Shown: positions 1 to 9,446, numbered from the stretch's first letter. The stretch: 64,000 bases of DNA from Sphaerochaetaceae bacterium (GCA_963678555.2 OY782871.2:24432-88431), one strand, 5' to 3'. A program made the numbers and translations. The notes: generated from the letters alone by a model not told the origin.

Positions 1-516
1 CTGGGTTGAAGCAGGATCGACTGCTTTGATTGCCTGAGTGATCGAGTATTCGGTGGGCGCATCTACAAAGGTGTGCCAGCATACATCATGGAAATGCTTC
101 GGACGGTATAAAGCTCTGTCGGGGTAACTCATCATCGACTCGACGATGGTGAGCATCATTCTCCATTGTTCAGGGAACACCTTCTTGAGAGACTGGAGAA
201 GTCCGGTCTGTTTTGCACTCGCTTCCAGCAGTGCGATGAAACCGTACATCTTCAACTCCTGGACATCAACAGCTCCTCGAACATAGGGAGCATAGTAGGG
301 CTCACTTACCAGACCGGAGGACAACTGCTCTTCAGAGGAGAACGAAAGGAAGGTCTTATTGGGTTCAAATTCCCCCTTGCTGTCGATCTTACCGATGCAT
401 TTTTTCTCAACTTTTGGATGTTTTTGTCCCGGAACGTAGATCGATCGACCCCAGTAGAGGTAGGTGACCCCATTTTTCTTGTTTTTATGTCGAATAACTC
501 TGTTTTCAGCACTCAT
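1..516 (-). CDS. IS1634-family-like transposase, N-terminal part (runs off the left edge)
   Basis: Open frame from ATG (516-514) to position 1 with no stop: MSAENRVIRHKNKKNGVTYLYWGRSIYVPGQKHPKVEKKCIGKIDSKGEF... It shows the same N-terminal pattern as the transposase at 12414-14063 (ARIIKVYNKKADVTYVYED..KCIGKLDSHGQ). It is absent from the ORF track because it is edge-truncated. Confidence 0.5.
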   Translation of the reverse strand, partial: MSAENRVIRHKNKKNGVTYLYWGRSIYVPGQKHPKVEKKCIGKIDSKGEFEPNKTFLSFSSEEQLSSGLVSEPYYAPYVRGAVDVQELKMYGFIALLEASAKQTGLLQSLKKVFPEQWRMMLTIVESMMSYPDRALYRPKHFHDVCWHTFVDAPTEYSITQAIKAVDPASTQ

Positions 517-541
517 ATATGTATAACATTATACATATATG
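514..541. promoter_or_regulatory. Palindrome covering the transposase start codon
   Basis: CATATATGTATAA-CA-TTATACATATATG: two 13-nt perfect arms with a 2-nt centre. The ATG of the minus-strand transposase lies in the left arm. Confidence 0.4.
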
Positions 542-663
542 AGAAAGTAAAGTCAAGCCGAATGAATAGGATTAACTCCAATAATAGAAAATAGTTATAG
601 CCCACATTCCTCACCCCTTTTCCATAGAGATTGAGGTATTTTTATGACGATGGAAAAAAAGCT

Positions 664-1044
664 TTAGAGCGGGTGCTCTGTCAGGAAGAGAGTTGCCTCA
701 TATGCTTCCTGAGCGAGTTTCTTCATCTGCTCGGTGATGTGCTCTAAATCTCTTCTGTTATCAATCCATTCCTGAAGAATGGTTGCCTGTTTCTGTGAGA
801 GTGAACGCGAGACAGTCTTACCACCCTTTTTTGTCGTCCAATAGAAATAGGGGCCATGTTTAGCCTCGGGATTGGTATGGCAGGGACAGGAGGGTTTTCC
901 GCACGTCAGCATTCTCTTCGAAATCGTTCCGGGCCAGATGAACCCAATAAAACTCAGCTGTTGAGCAAGTTCCTGTTGTTTTTCTTGTAAAGAGTGAAGT
1001 TTCTCCTGTGCCACTTCAGTGGTCATTTCTTGACTCGTGCTCAT
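664..1044 (-). CDS. DUF6788-like small Cys-rich protein (IS accessory gene)
   Basis: 126 aa with CGKPSCPCH..HGPYFYWT motif and coiled-coil ends. It is divergent from, and inside the same IRs as, the transposase. Confidence 0.55.
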   Translation of the reverse strand: MSTSQEMTTEVAQEKLHSLQEKQQELAQQLSFIGFIWPGTISKRMLTCGKPSCPCHTNPEAKHGPYFYWTTKKGGKTVSRSLSQKQATILQEWIDNRRDLEHITEQMKKLAQEAYEATLFLTEHPL

Positions 1045-1109
1045 TCCTACTGTATAATACTGTAGGATTGTTTGTCAGTCAAGACCGATTACACAATCGG
1101 TTCGGGAGG

Positions 1110-2798
1110 ATGCTCATGAAGGACCTCGCTTCTCTCTCATCAGTCATGAAGGACCTTACGGTTCACACCCACTCATATCTGCCGGTCGCTGCAGCGTACT
1201 GCCGTATGCTTGATGTGCAACATACCGTAGACAGGATAGTAGAATCCCACATGCAGATCGCTACAGGCACTGTAGTACAGGCAATGGTACTCGATGTGCT
1301 TCATGGCCGCTCTCCCCTGTACCGTGTTGAGCAGTTTCTTGAACAGCAGGATAGAGAGCTTCTGCTTGGGGAACAACTTGACTCCCACCTGTTCAATGAT
1401 ACGAACATCGCCCGTGCTTTGGACGCCATCTTTGAAGCAGGTCCATCGAAGATCATCACTGAACTGGGTATTCGTGCGTCCAAAGTCTTTGACCTTGACA
1501 TGAGTGCTCTCAGCTACGATACGACCAGTACCAGTGTCTGGGGTGAGTACAGAGGGTCTGAGGATTCTGCTGTCACTATTACCTACGGTCATTCAAAGGA
1601 TGAACGTCCAGATCTGAAACAGTTCATGACTGAACTGTTATGTGTAGACAGGGGAGTGCCGATCTTCGGCAGTACCCTTGACGGCAATTCTTCAGACAAG
1701 AAGTCGAACAATGCCATGCTCTCTCGCATCAGTTCTCTGATGAGCAGACATGGATTGGGAGAAGGAGCATGTATCTATGTTGCGGATTCTGCAATGGTGA
1801 CTCAGGAAAACCTTGTAATGCTGACCCGCATGCCGTTCATTACCCGGTTGCCGGGAACCTACGGAGCATCGAATGAAGTGATCTCTCAGGCGGTACATTC
1901 AAAACAATGGACCTCGATAGGAGTTGTGGCTGAAACAGACACGGGAAAGAACCGTCCTGCTGCAATCTATCGGGCACATGAAAGTACCGTTTCTCTGTAC
2001 GACCAATCCTACCGGGCAGTTGTCATCCATTCCAGTGCACATGACAAACGACGGCAGAAGAAGATCGACAAGGCACTCACAACATCTCTGAAGGAATTAC
2101 ATGGAAAACTGAAGAAAGTTCAGATCCGCTATTTCTGCGAAGAGGATGCTCAGGTTGCCATGCAAAACCTTGCAAAGCTCTCATCACCACTGCATACACT
2201 CTCTGTCGGCATGAGTCGCACGAGCGTCCGCCGTCGAGGTCGTCCGCCTAAAAACGGACCGGTAGCGACTGATGAGCGATTCGATCTTACCTGGCAGATC
2301 ATTGTGAAAGAGGAGAAAGTCAATCTTCTGAGAGAACAAGCTGGCTGTTTTGTTCTCCTGACGAATGTCCCACAAGACACTCTGGAGGCAACCGGTGTGC
2401 TTCGCACCTACAAGGGACAATACGGCATAGAAAGTGATTTCTCCTTTCTGAAGGATCCTCTGGTGGTAAACGACCTGTTTCTGAAGACTCCCTCGCGCAT
2501 AGATGCTCTCGCAATGATTCTGATCATCGCTCTTATGGTCTGGCGTCTGATGGAACGTCAGATGCGTCGCTATCTTCATACGACAGAAACCACACTGCAA
2601 GGATGGGATAACAAACCGACGAACAGACCTACCTCGTTTATGATGAGCACCGTATTTGCAGGGATCATGACTGTGGAACACAGGGGAGACCGTGCTCTGA
2701 TAAGTCAGTTGTCTCTACGGCAGCAGGAGTTCCTCTGTGCGTTGGGACTTGATGAGCGTGTGTTCTATGACAGGAGGGTTACGTGTGCCCTGACCTAA
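1110..2798 (+). CDS. IS1634-family transposase (DUF4277 N-terminal domain + DDE)
   Basis: N-terminus YLPVAAAYCRMLDV..GTVVQAMVLDVLHGRSPLYRVEQF (DUF4277-like). DDE region SYDTTSTSVWGEY, YVADSAM, and YKGQYGIESDFSFLK (Y-2-Q-3-E-6-K, IS4-type signature). GGGAGGA lies just upstream of ATG 1110/1116; the track start at 1008 overlaps the divergent gene. Confidence 0.8.
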   Translation: MLMKDLASLSSVMKDLTVHTHSYLPVAAAYCRMLDVQHTVDRIVESHMQIATGTVVQAMVLDVLHGRSPLYRVEQFLEQQDRELLLGEQLDSHLFNDTNIARALDAIFEAGPSKIITELGIRASKVFDLDMSALSYDTTSTSVWGEYRGSEDSAVTITYGHSKDERPDLKQFMTELLCVDRGVPIFGSTLDGNSSDKKSNNAMLSRISSLMSRHGLGEGACIYVADSAMVTQENLVMLTRMPFITRLPGTYGASNEVISQAVHSKQWTSIGVVAETDTGKNRPAAIYRAHESTVSLYDQSYRAVVIHSSAHDKRRQKKIDKALTTSLKELHGKLKKVQIRYFCEEDAQVAMQNLAKLSSPLHTLSVGMSRTSVRRRGRPPKNGPVATDERFDLTWQIIVKEEKVNLLREQAGCFVLLTNVPQDTLEATGVLRTYKGQYGIESDFSFLKDPLVVNDLFLKTPSRIDALAMILIIALMVWRLMERQMRRYLHTTETTLQGWDNKPTNRPTSFMMSTVFAGIMTVEHRGDRALISQLSLRQQEFLCALGLDERVFYDRRVTCALT

Positions 2799-2846
2799 GA
2801 AGTCTGAATCATCTCAGCAGACCTCATCCATCCTCGGACTTTTTAA

Positions 2847-2870
2847 GTACAGGGACATTAGTCCCTGCAC
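2847..2870 (+). terminator. Hairpin downstream of the transposase
   Basis: GTACAGGGAC-ATTA-GTCCCTGCAC, 9/10 bp stem, about 50 nt after the stop at 2798. No clear T-run. Confidence 0.3.
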
Positions 2871-3160
2871 TCGTTAAAAACGCTCTCTATGAGCGTAAAA
2901 GGGAGTTCTGTATGGATTGACCTTCACCATTTCCATTGACTTGGCCTGATAGTGGACCTCTTCAAACTGCTTCAGGATAAATTCTATGGATTCCCTTCAG
3001 AAAAGGTGAGGAATGTGGGTTATAGGGGTATCGTGTGGTTTTTATCGTCCGAAGTCTGGAGTATGTACAAAATACGGGAAATCCATCGTACATGTCAAAC
3101 GAACACCATGGATGACAGCGCTAGATGGTTTTGACCATACTCATTCCTAGGAGGAACAGT

Positions 3161-3535
3161 ATGGGAACAACGAATTACCATCATTACACTCACGATCAAA
3201 GGCTGGCATATCTCAAAGAATTCGATGAAAGCGGGCAGTCAGTTCGTGCGTTCTGCGAGAATAGAGAATTAAACCAATGGACGCTTAGCAAATGGGTGAA
3301 AAAGCGCAGACATAGCAGAGGAGTCTTTGACTCCGGAGAAGTGAATAAACATGGTTTTGTAAACCTGACTGTGATGAAACCAGTACAAGAGACCTCAACG
3401 GAACAAGAGGCAAAAAACTCTCCTGCTCCCATCACTGTACATCACGGCCGGTGGTACATCAGCATCCCCCGAGATGTGCGAAGCAGAGACCTGGCAGAGG
3501 TTATGCGGGCATTGGAGGCAGTAAATGGAGTTTAA
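3161..3535 (+). CDS. tnpA: IS66 family accessory protein TnpA (orf1)
   Basis: AGGAGG 6 nt upstream of ATG 3161. HTH-like N-terminus (RLAYLKEFDESGQSVRAFCENRELNQWTLSKWVKK). Position and size are typical of IS66 orf1, and it overlaps tnpB by 11 nt. Confidence 0.8.
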   Translation: MGTTNYHHYTHDQRLAYLKEFDESGQSVRAFCENRELNQWTLSKWVKKRRHSRGVFDSGEVNKHGFVNLTVMKPVQETSTEQEAKNSPAPITVHHGRWYISIPRDVRSRDLAEVMRALEAVNGV

Positions 3536-3866
3536 GATACGCAACTGTTATCTTCGTCCAGGATTCACTGATCTCCGCAGAGGAATGAATGGTCTCATGC
3601 AGATTGCCATGGGAGAAATGGACCTGGATCCATTGGGGGGAGATCTGTTTCTATTCTGTGGGCGAAGCCATCGGATGATCAAGATGCTGTGGTGGGCTGG
3701 GGATGGGTTCTGGCTGTTTCAGAAGCGACTGAATAATCTTACATTTGCATGGCCAAAGTCTGAACTAGAAGCCTTGCAGATCAGTGAGAATCAGATGAAG
3801 ATGCTTCTTGAAGGGATTGACTTCTGGCGTTCTCATCCTGTTCTGCTCGCAGAAAAAGCCTGTTGA
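3525..3866 (+). CDS. tnpB: IS66 family accessory protein TnpB (orf2)
   Basis: 113 aa with the IS66 Orf2 hallmark: YLRPGFTDLRRGMNGLMQIA...LFLFCGRSHRMIKMLWWAGDGFWLFQKRL. Confidence 0.9.
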   Translation: MEFKIRNCYLRPGFTDLRRGMNGLMQIAMGEMDLDPLGGDLFLFCGRSHRMIKMLWWAGDGFWLFQKRLNNLTFAWPKSELEALQISENQMKMLLEGIDFWRSHPVLLAEKAC

Positions 3867-3939
3867 AACAGACAAGAAAAACACATTAAATTATTACAAT
3901 ACATATACTAAAAACCTCATTTCTGCTATAATATCTCTT

Positions 3940-5625
3940 GTGAAAGAACAAGAGATATTGCACAAGTTAGCACAGGAAATAACAGCTCTGAAAGCAGAGA
4001 ACTCCCAACTTCGGGAGGCTCTGAAAGAGAGTAATGAAACCATCAAGTCACTCTCCGCACGACTGGACATCCTCGATCAGCGTGCGGCTGCACGTGCTCG
4101 CCGCCAGTTTGTCACCTCTAGTGAACGTGCTTCTGTCTCGGATGCTCCTGTTGAAAGCGAAGATCCTATTGTTGAAGATACTCAGTTCGATGAGGCAGAA
4201 CAGGCGTCGACGGTAATTGAGGAAAAGGTGAAACCTCCCAGGAAGAAATCAGTTGGAAGAACTCCCTTCTCTGATGATTTGCCTCGGCAGGAGATTATCC
4301 TTGAACCCGAAGCCTTCGCACATCTTGCACATTCAGAGCTCAATTCTTTCAGACGCATCGGGGAAGATGTCCTTGAAGTGCTTGACTATCAGCCTGGTGT
4401 GTTGAAAGTGAAACGGTATATTCTGGGGAAATACGTGAATGCCAACAACCCCGATCTCGGGGTGCTGCAGGCTGATCGTCCTAACGACCGTATCATCCGT
4501 GGCGGTATGGTGAGTAACGGGCTCCTTGCTGCCAGTTTTTCTGATAAGTTCATATACCACCTGCCGTATGCCCGTCAGAGTCTCAGATTCGAAAGCATCG
4601 GTTTTCCCATCAGCCGACAGAATCTCTCCAGGTGGCAGATCCAGACAAGTGAACTGCTCTCACCTCTGGTGAAACTCATTGAAGATCATCTGCTTGCTCA
4701 GAATGTTCTGCATATTGATGAAACCACGCTGCAGGTCATGGACGAACAGGATCGTGAGAATACAAAGAAGTCTTACATCTGGCTCAGAGTCTATGATGGA
4801 GAGAAACCCGCAGTGAGTTATCGGTACTACCCCAGCCGTGCAGCACTGGTAGCACAAGAGTTGACCGCCGGGTTCGATGGCATTCTTCAGTCTGACGGAT
4901 ATACAGCATACCGGTCGGTTGTTAAATCCAGAGATGGGGACCTTGTCAATTCATTCTGTCTTACTCATGTAAGGCGTAAATTCTATGACATTTACATGGG
5001 GACCAACTTCAGAAAAAACAAGAAGCATATGTCTCCTTCGATCAAAGGGATTAGAAAAACTGCTCAGGAGTTTGTTCAGGAAATAGGTGCCGTCTTTGCT
5101 TTGGAAAACCGAATGAGAGAACAGCTTGCTCGTGGCGAGATGAGTGAAGAACAGTTCCTCAGAAAAAGAAAAGAACAGGCTGTGCCGTTATTTGAGAAAT
5201 TCAAGGTTCATCTTGAAGCGCAGAAAAAGAGTGTTATTCCTCATACTCCTCTGGCGGGAGCAATCAACTATTCCTTGAATCTCTTTGACGGGTTGCAGAC
5301 GTACCTTGATTCTGTAGAACTCGGACCAGACAATTCGGCGGTAGAACGGGCAGTGCGTCCTGTAGCGCTTGGAAGACACAGCTGGAACTTCAGTGGATCA
5401 CCCGCTGGTGCACATAGTTCCTGCACGATGTATACGCTTCTTCAAAGTGCCCGACTGAATCGTCTGGATCCAGGGGCTTATCTGAATCATATCCTCGAAA
5501 AAGCAACTCCTCTAGTTGATCTTCCGTATAACAAACAAGCTTGGTCAGCTCTGCTTCCCTGGAACTTCAAACCCGATGATTTGTCCTGGCAGGATAGAGC
5601 AGAATTCTTTACTTCCTTACACTGA
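3940..5625 (+). CDS. tnpC: IS66 family transposase TnpC
   Basis: Leucine-zipper-like N-terminus, then HIDETTLQV, KSYIWLRV, LQSDGYTAY and CLTHVRRKF (DDE_Tnp_IS66 motifs). The start is uncertain: GTG 3940 is the first plausible start after the tnpB stop, and the track ORF begins at 3808 inside tnpB. Confidence 0.85.
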   Translation: MKEQEILHKLAQEITALKAENSQLREALKESNETIKSLSARLDILDQRAAARARRQFVTSSERASVSDAPVESEDPIVEDTQFDEAEQASTVIEEKVKPPRKKSVGRTPFSDDLPRQEIILEPEAFAHLAHSELNSFRRIGEDVLEVLDYQPGVLKVKRYILGKYVNANNPDLGVLQADRPNDRIIRGGMVSNGLLAASFSDKFIYHLPYARQSLRFESIGFPISRQNLSRWQIQTSELLSPLVKLIEDHLLAQNVLHIDETTLQVMDEQDRENTKKSYIWLRVYDGEKPAVSYRYYPSRAALVAQELTAGFDGILQSDGYTAYRSVVKSRDGDLVNSFCLTHVRRKFYDIYMGTNFRKNKKHMSPSIKGIRKTAQEFVQEIGAVFALENRMREQLARGEMSEEQFLRKRKEQAVPLFEKFKVHLEAQKKSVIPHTPLAGAINYSLNLFDGLQTYLDSVELGPDNSAVERAVRPVALGRHSWNFSGSPAGAHSSCTMYTLLQSARLNRLDPGAYLNHILEKATPLVDLPYNKQAWSALLPWNFKPDDLSWQDRAEFFTSLH

Positions 5626-5900
5626 ACTGCCGCTTTTCTACATCCGTCCCATCCTTTCTGTCAAGAAGGGTGGGCGTTTGACATGTACGGTAGAATATCC
5701 ACAAGGTGCACACTGCAGTAAGGCAGAAAGGGCGATAAAGGATGGAGAGTGCAGATGTCTGTGAGTGGAAAATTTTGGCAGGAGGATTCAGCAGATTCCC
5801 TTTGGTTTTCACCGGGGAGGCTCTGATTTTTTTTAGGGTTCAATAGCAATATTGATAATGATAATGCTATATATCACGGAGTCTGTGTGCTGCCTTTTTT

Positions 5901-5914
5901 CTTCGGATCCGAAG
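5901..5914. promoter_or_regulatory. Perfect 14-bp palindrome upstream of comM
   Basis: CTTCGGATCCGAAG, preceded by TGCCTTTTTT. It could be a terminator remnant or an operator. Confidence 0.25.
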
Positions 5915-5957
5915 CGGTTTTGTTCAATCCCCGGTAATTGTTGTATGGAGGTTGAGA

Positions 5958-7499
5958 ATGGCTACAGTGATAAGAAGCCTGGGTATAGCTGGTATTAGCG
6001 GTTACCCCTTGAGTGTAGAGGTCGCAATCATCACAGGTCTTCCTTCAACGGCAATAGTCGGTCTGGGTGACAATGCAGTGAAGGAGGCGAAGGACCGGAT
6101 GGAAGCGTGTACGGAGGGGTTGGGGTATGCTTATCCGACGAAGAAGGTGGTGGTGAATCTATCTCCCAGTGATATCCCCAAGCGAGGGGCCTACCTTGAT
6201 CTGCCGATGCTGATCGGCATGCTCGTAGAATCAGGTCAGGTAGTACCGAGAAAATCTGAGTGGCAGGAAATTGCCATGGTGGGCGGTATCAGCACAACAG
6301 GGCAGCTGGTTGCTTTCGACGGTGTTCTGCCCATGGCGATTCAGGCCCGTACGCTCGGGTATTCCTGCCTGATCGTTCCTCTTGCCTGCGCCAAGGAAGC
6401 CTCCTCTGTATCTGATATCGCCATCATCGCCTGTGATGCAGTGACTGAGGTGATTGCGTACCTGGAAGGACGGGTTCATATCTCTGCCTATGTCAGAGAA
6501 CCGGGGAATGCCTCGGGTTCTGAACATATGAGAGGGGGAGGGGATTACCGGGATGTTGTGGGACATGAGGATATCCTTCCCTATCTTGCCGCTGCAGTGG
6601 CAGGGAACCATAATCTGCTCCTGATAGGGCTCCCAGGGAGTGGCAAGTCGATGATGGCCCGGCTGCTTCCTACCATCCTTCCTCCCATGGGACCCGATGA
6701 GATCCTTGAAGTCTCTTCCATCTACAGCATCGCAGGGGTTCTGGACGGGCATGAACTCAAGGAGACCCGCCCGTTCCGTTCTCCCCACTACAACATGTCT
6801 TCCCATGCCCTCATCGGAGGCGGAGTGTATGCGAAGCCGGGAGAGGTCACGCTCGCTCACCGGGGAATTCTCTTCCTTGATGAGCTTCCCGAGTTCAGCA
6901 GGAAGACGCTCGAGTCACTCCGTCTTCCCCTTGAAGAGAGACGGGTGACCGTCAGCCGAGTGAACCAGACGAACCGGTATCCGGCTGATTTCATGTTGGT
7001 GGCCGCGATGAACCCCTGTCCCTGCGGGTACGCGGGAACAAGCCGGTGTGTCTGTACTCCCCATGAGATACGCACCTACCGGCAGAGGATCTCAGGACCG
7101 GTGATGGACCGCATCGATATGCAGAAGTATGTCGGACGGGTGGAGTTCACCTCGGGTCATGAGATGAGCGGGAAGGTGAGCTCTGAAACTCTCCGGGAAA
7201 CCGTCGTTGCTGCCCGTGAGCGTCAGCTCTACCGGTTCAAAAAGAACGGTGAGGTGATCACCACAAATGCCCAGATGAACAGTTCCCACCTGAGACGGTA
7301 CTGCCGGCTCGATGATGAGTGTGCCTCACTTCTCCAGCGGACTTATGAGAGAGATTCCCTGTCAGTGAGAGCGAGGTACAAGACACTGAAACTCGCACGG
7401 ACCTTTGCCGATATCGCAGCAAGCGAGCATATCAGGAAACCGGATCTCCTTCGTGCCCTGCTCTCCCGGGACCTTGAGAGGGAGATGAGCCATGCCTGA
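5958..7499 (+). CDS. comM: YifB/ComM family Mg-chelatase-like AAA+ ATPase
   Basis: GGAGG 6 nt upstream of ATG 5958. Lon-protease-like N-domain, Walker A GLPGSGKSMMA, Walker B ILFLDELPEF, and CPCGY zinc motif. Overlaps dprA by 8 nt. Confidence 0.9.
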   Translation: MATVIRSLGIAGISGYPLSVEVAIITGLPSTAIVGLGDNAVKEAKDRMEACTEGLGYAYPTKKVVVNLSPSDIPKRGAYLDLPMLIGMLVESGQVVPRKSEWQEIAMVGGISTTGQLVAFDGVLPMAIQARTLGYSCLIVPLACAKEASSVSDIAIIACDAVTEVIAYLEGRVHISAYVREPGNASGSEHMRGGGDYRDVVGHEDILPYLAAAVAGNHNLLLIGLPGSGKSMMARLLPTILPPMGPDEILEVSSIYSIAGVLDGHELKETRPFRSPHYNMSSHALIGGGVYAKPGEVTLAHRGILFLDELPEFSRKTLESLRLPLEERRVTVSRVNQTNRYPADFMLVAAMNPCPCGYAGTSRCVCTPHEIRTYRQRISGPVMDRIDMQKYVGRVEFTSGHEMSGKVSSETLRETVVAARERQLYRFKKNGEVITTNAQMNSSHLRRYCRLDDECASLLQRTYERDSLSVRARYKTLKLARTFADIAASEHIRKPDLLRALLSRDLEREMSHA

Positions 7500-8586
7500 T
7501 CAACTCATATACTGGGTGTGGCTGAATGAACTCAGGGGAATATCGATCGCGACCAAGCGCACTCTGCTTTCAGAACTCGGCAGTCCAGGAGAGGTCTTTC
7601 AGGCAAGTCCATCACAGGTCTGTGACCTGCTGAGTACCTATCCTCCCTCCCTTTCAAGAACCTACCAGACCAGCCGGAGCCTTTCAGAGCTCTGGGAAGG
7701 GCGCACTCTCGAGGAGGCAGAGAGCATCGTCACCGTTCATGAGAAACACAGGATCAAAGTATTCACTTCCCATGATACGCTCTATCAGCTGCAGTTCGGT
7801 CACTCTCCCCGCGCACCACTTATCCTGTACTATCGGGGATCTCTCCCGGTCTCACAGAAACCGTTTGCCGGTGTCATCGGGACCTTCCCTGTCTCACCCT
7901 CTGGAAAAGTTGTCACCCGGGAGGCTGTCCACCATCTGATAGAGACGGAACATAACATCGCCTCGGGCCTTTCAGAGGGAACCGACGCCCTGGTTCATGA
8001 GACCGTACTTTCTCTTCAGGCACCACCCTATGCCTTTCTACCCGGTGGGCTTCATACGGCCTATCCTGCCGCTCATGCTTCCCTCATGGACCGGATCGCC
8101 GATGCCGGTGCCGTGATCAGTCCCTTCCCCTACGGCAAGGAGGCCCTCCCGTTCCGTTTCATCAGACGCAATGAGATATTCGCCCTCTGGTGTGATGCGC
8201 TCCTGGTCATAGAGACCTCCCTCACCGGAGGCACCATGAGCACGGCCCGCTATGCCATGGCTCATAATAAGCAAGTGTTCGCCGTTCCGGGCACTCCAGG
8301 GGAGTCAAAGAACTCAGGAACCGACCAGCTCATCACTGAAGGGGCTCACGTCTATACCAGGGAACCCCTCCAGAGAGCTGCCTCTTCTCTTTCTCCCGGT
8401 ACCGCTGTGAGCGCTGCAGAGAAGGTTATCGGGAGTATCCGAGAGCATGCTCAGAGCACAGGAGAGCTCTGTCAGACCCTGGGTATCGACCTTGAGTTTC
8501 TGATGGAAGAGCTTGCTGTTGCAGAGAGCGATAACTGCATAGAGTACCGTGTGGACGGCAGATGGCACCTGGTGGGAGGAGCGTGA
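7492..8586 (+). CDS. dprA: DNA-processing protein DprA (Smf)
   Basis: SAM-like N-terminus (LNELRGISIATKRTLLSELGSPGEVF), Rossmann core (GGTMSTARYAMAHNKQVFAVPG), and C-terminal winged-helix tail. Confidence 0.9.
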   Translation: MPDQLIYWVWLNELRGISIATKRTLLSELGSPGEVFQASPSQVCDLLSTYPPSLSRTYQTSRSLSELWEGRTLEEAESIVTVHEKHRIKVFTSHDTLYQLQFGHSPRAPLILYYRGSLPVSQKPFAGVIGTFPVSPSGKVVTREAVHHLIETEHNIASGLSEGTDALVHETVLSLQAPPYAFLPGGLHTAYPAAHASLMDRIADAGAVISPFPYGKEALPFRFIRRNEIFALWCDALLVIETSLTGGTMSTARYAMAHNKQVFAVPGTPGESKNSGTDQLITEGAHVYTREPLQRAASSLSPGTAVSAAEKVIGSIREHAQSTGELCQTLGIDLEFLMEELAVAESDNCIEYRVDGRWHLVGGA

Positions 8587-8590
8587 ATCG

Positions 8591-9436
8591 ATGCCGAGAC
8601 GTATGCGACAGGACAGTGCACACACGGTGTACCATGTCATCCAGCGGGGGAATAACCGCTCCTATATCTATGAGGATATCCGTGACAAACGTCAGTTCCT
8701 CTCCATTCTCAGCACCGCGATACTCACAGGCAGTGCCACACTGCTTCATTGGGTGATCATGGATAATCATTATCACCTGCTCATCAGGACCACAGAGACA
8801 CCCCTGTCCCGCATTCTCTGGTTTCTCAACCGCCAGTATACGCTCTACTACAACCAGCGCTACCACCGAAGCGGCACGATCTACGGGGGCAGGTACAAGA
8901 GCTATCCGATCACCGAGACAGCGAAACTTTACAGCACCGTCCGGTATATCGTTCAGAACCCGGTCAAGGCCGGCATGGTCACCTCACCGCGTCAGTACCG
9001 CTGGAGCGGACACGCCGAGGTTCTGGATGGCAGAGAAGCCCTTCTTGACAGAAGCGAACTCCTGCACTACTTCGCTGCTCAACCGGAAGCTGCCCTCAGG
9101 CACTACATTGAGTGCACCGAGAGCGATTCCTGGAGTGCGTCTATCACCCACGCGACGATCATCGACCCTGCCACCGAATCCGCCGAGCGGCTCACGGCCC
9201 TTCTTGACAGGTTCCTCGATGATCAGAAGGTGGTCAGAGACTCATCATCAGAGGCATACAGGCAGATGCTCCTTCAGGGCTCCAGAGTACAGACAGTTCG
9301 CCCTCTTCGTGACACCTTTATCCACCTGGCAGTACAGGACGGACATGCACTGAAGGATATCGCAGGCTTTCTCAGCGTCAGTTATGAGACCGTGAGAAGG
9401 ACAGCAAGAAAGAGCGTGGATGATGAAAAGAGATAG
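8591..9436 (+). CDS. RayT/IS200-like HUH tyrosine transposase homolog with C-terminal HTH
   Basis: YHVIQRGNNR, HUH motif DNHYHLLI (8768-8776), and RYIVQNPVKAGMV Tyr motif. The C-terminal LKDIAGFLSVSYETVRRTARK looks like an HTH. ATG 8591 lies 5 nt after the dprA stop. Confidence 0.75.
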   Translation: MPRRMRQDSAHTVYHVIQRGNNRSYIYEDIRDKRQFLSILSTAILTGSATLLHWVIMDNHYHLLIRTTETPLSRILWFLNRQYTLYYNQRYHRSGTIYGGRYKSYPITETAKLYSTVRYIVQNPVKAGMVTSPRQYRWSGHAEVLDGREALLDRSELLHYFAAQPEAALRHYIECTESDSWSASITHATIIDPATESAERLTALLDRFLDDQKVVRDSSSEAYRQMLLQGSRVQTVRPLRDTFIHLAVQDGHALKDIAGFLSVSYETVRRTARKSVDDEKR

Positions 9437-9446
9437 CACCACAGCA

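Larger units (their letters stand above)
596..3024 (+). mobile_element. IS element (IS1634/IS4-type DDE transposase plus divergent DUF6788-like gene)
   Basis: Terminal inverted repeats TATAGCCCACATTCCTCACC (596-615) and GGTGAGGAATGTGGGTTATA (3005-3024) match 19/20 as reverse complements. They enclose exactly the two genes 664-1044(-) and 1110-2798(+). No target duplication is visible. Confidence 0.6.
3088..5688 (+). mobile_element. IS66-family insertion sequence (tnpA-tnpB-tnpC), 2601 bp
   Basis: Imperfect terminal IRs: GTACATGTCAAACGAACACC (3088-3107) versus reverse complement of 5669-5688, GTACATGTCAAACGCCCACC (18/20). Three-ORF IS66 layout inside. No 8-bp target duplication is visible. 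Confidence 0.85.

Noticed and set aside
166-594. 142-aa plus-strand ORF at the left edge
   Set aside because: It is the antisense shadow of the edge-truncated transposase frame (516 to 1, minus), which has a recognisable IS1634-like N-terminus. The plus ORF has no motif.
1008-1109. N-terminal extension of the IS1634 transposase ORF (track start 1008)
   Set aside because: The extension overlaps the divergent DUF6788-like gene and has no homology-like sequence. A GGGAGGA ribosome-binding site precedes the ATGs at 1110/1116.
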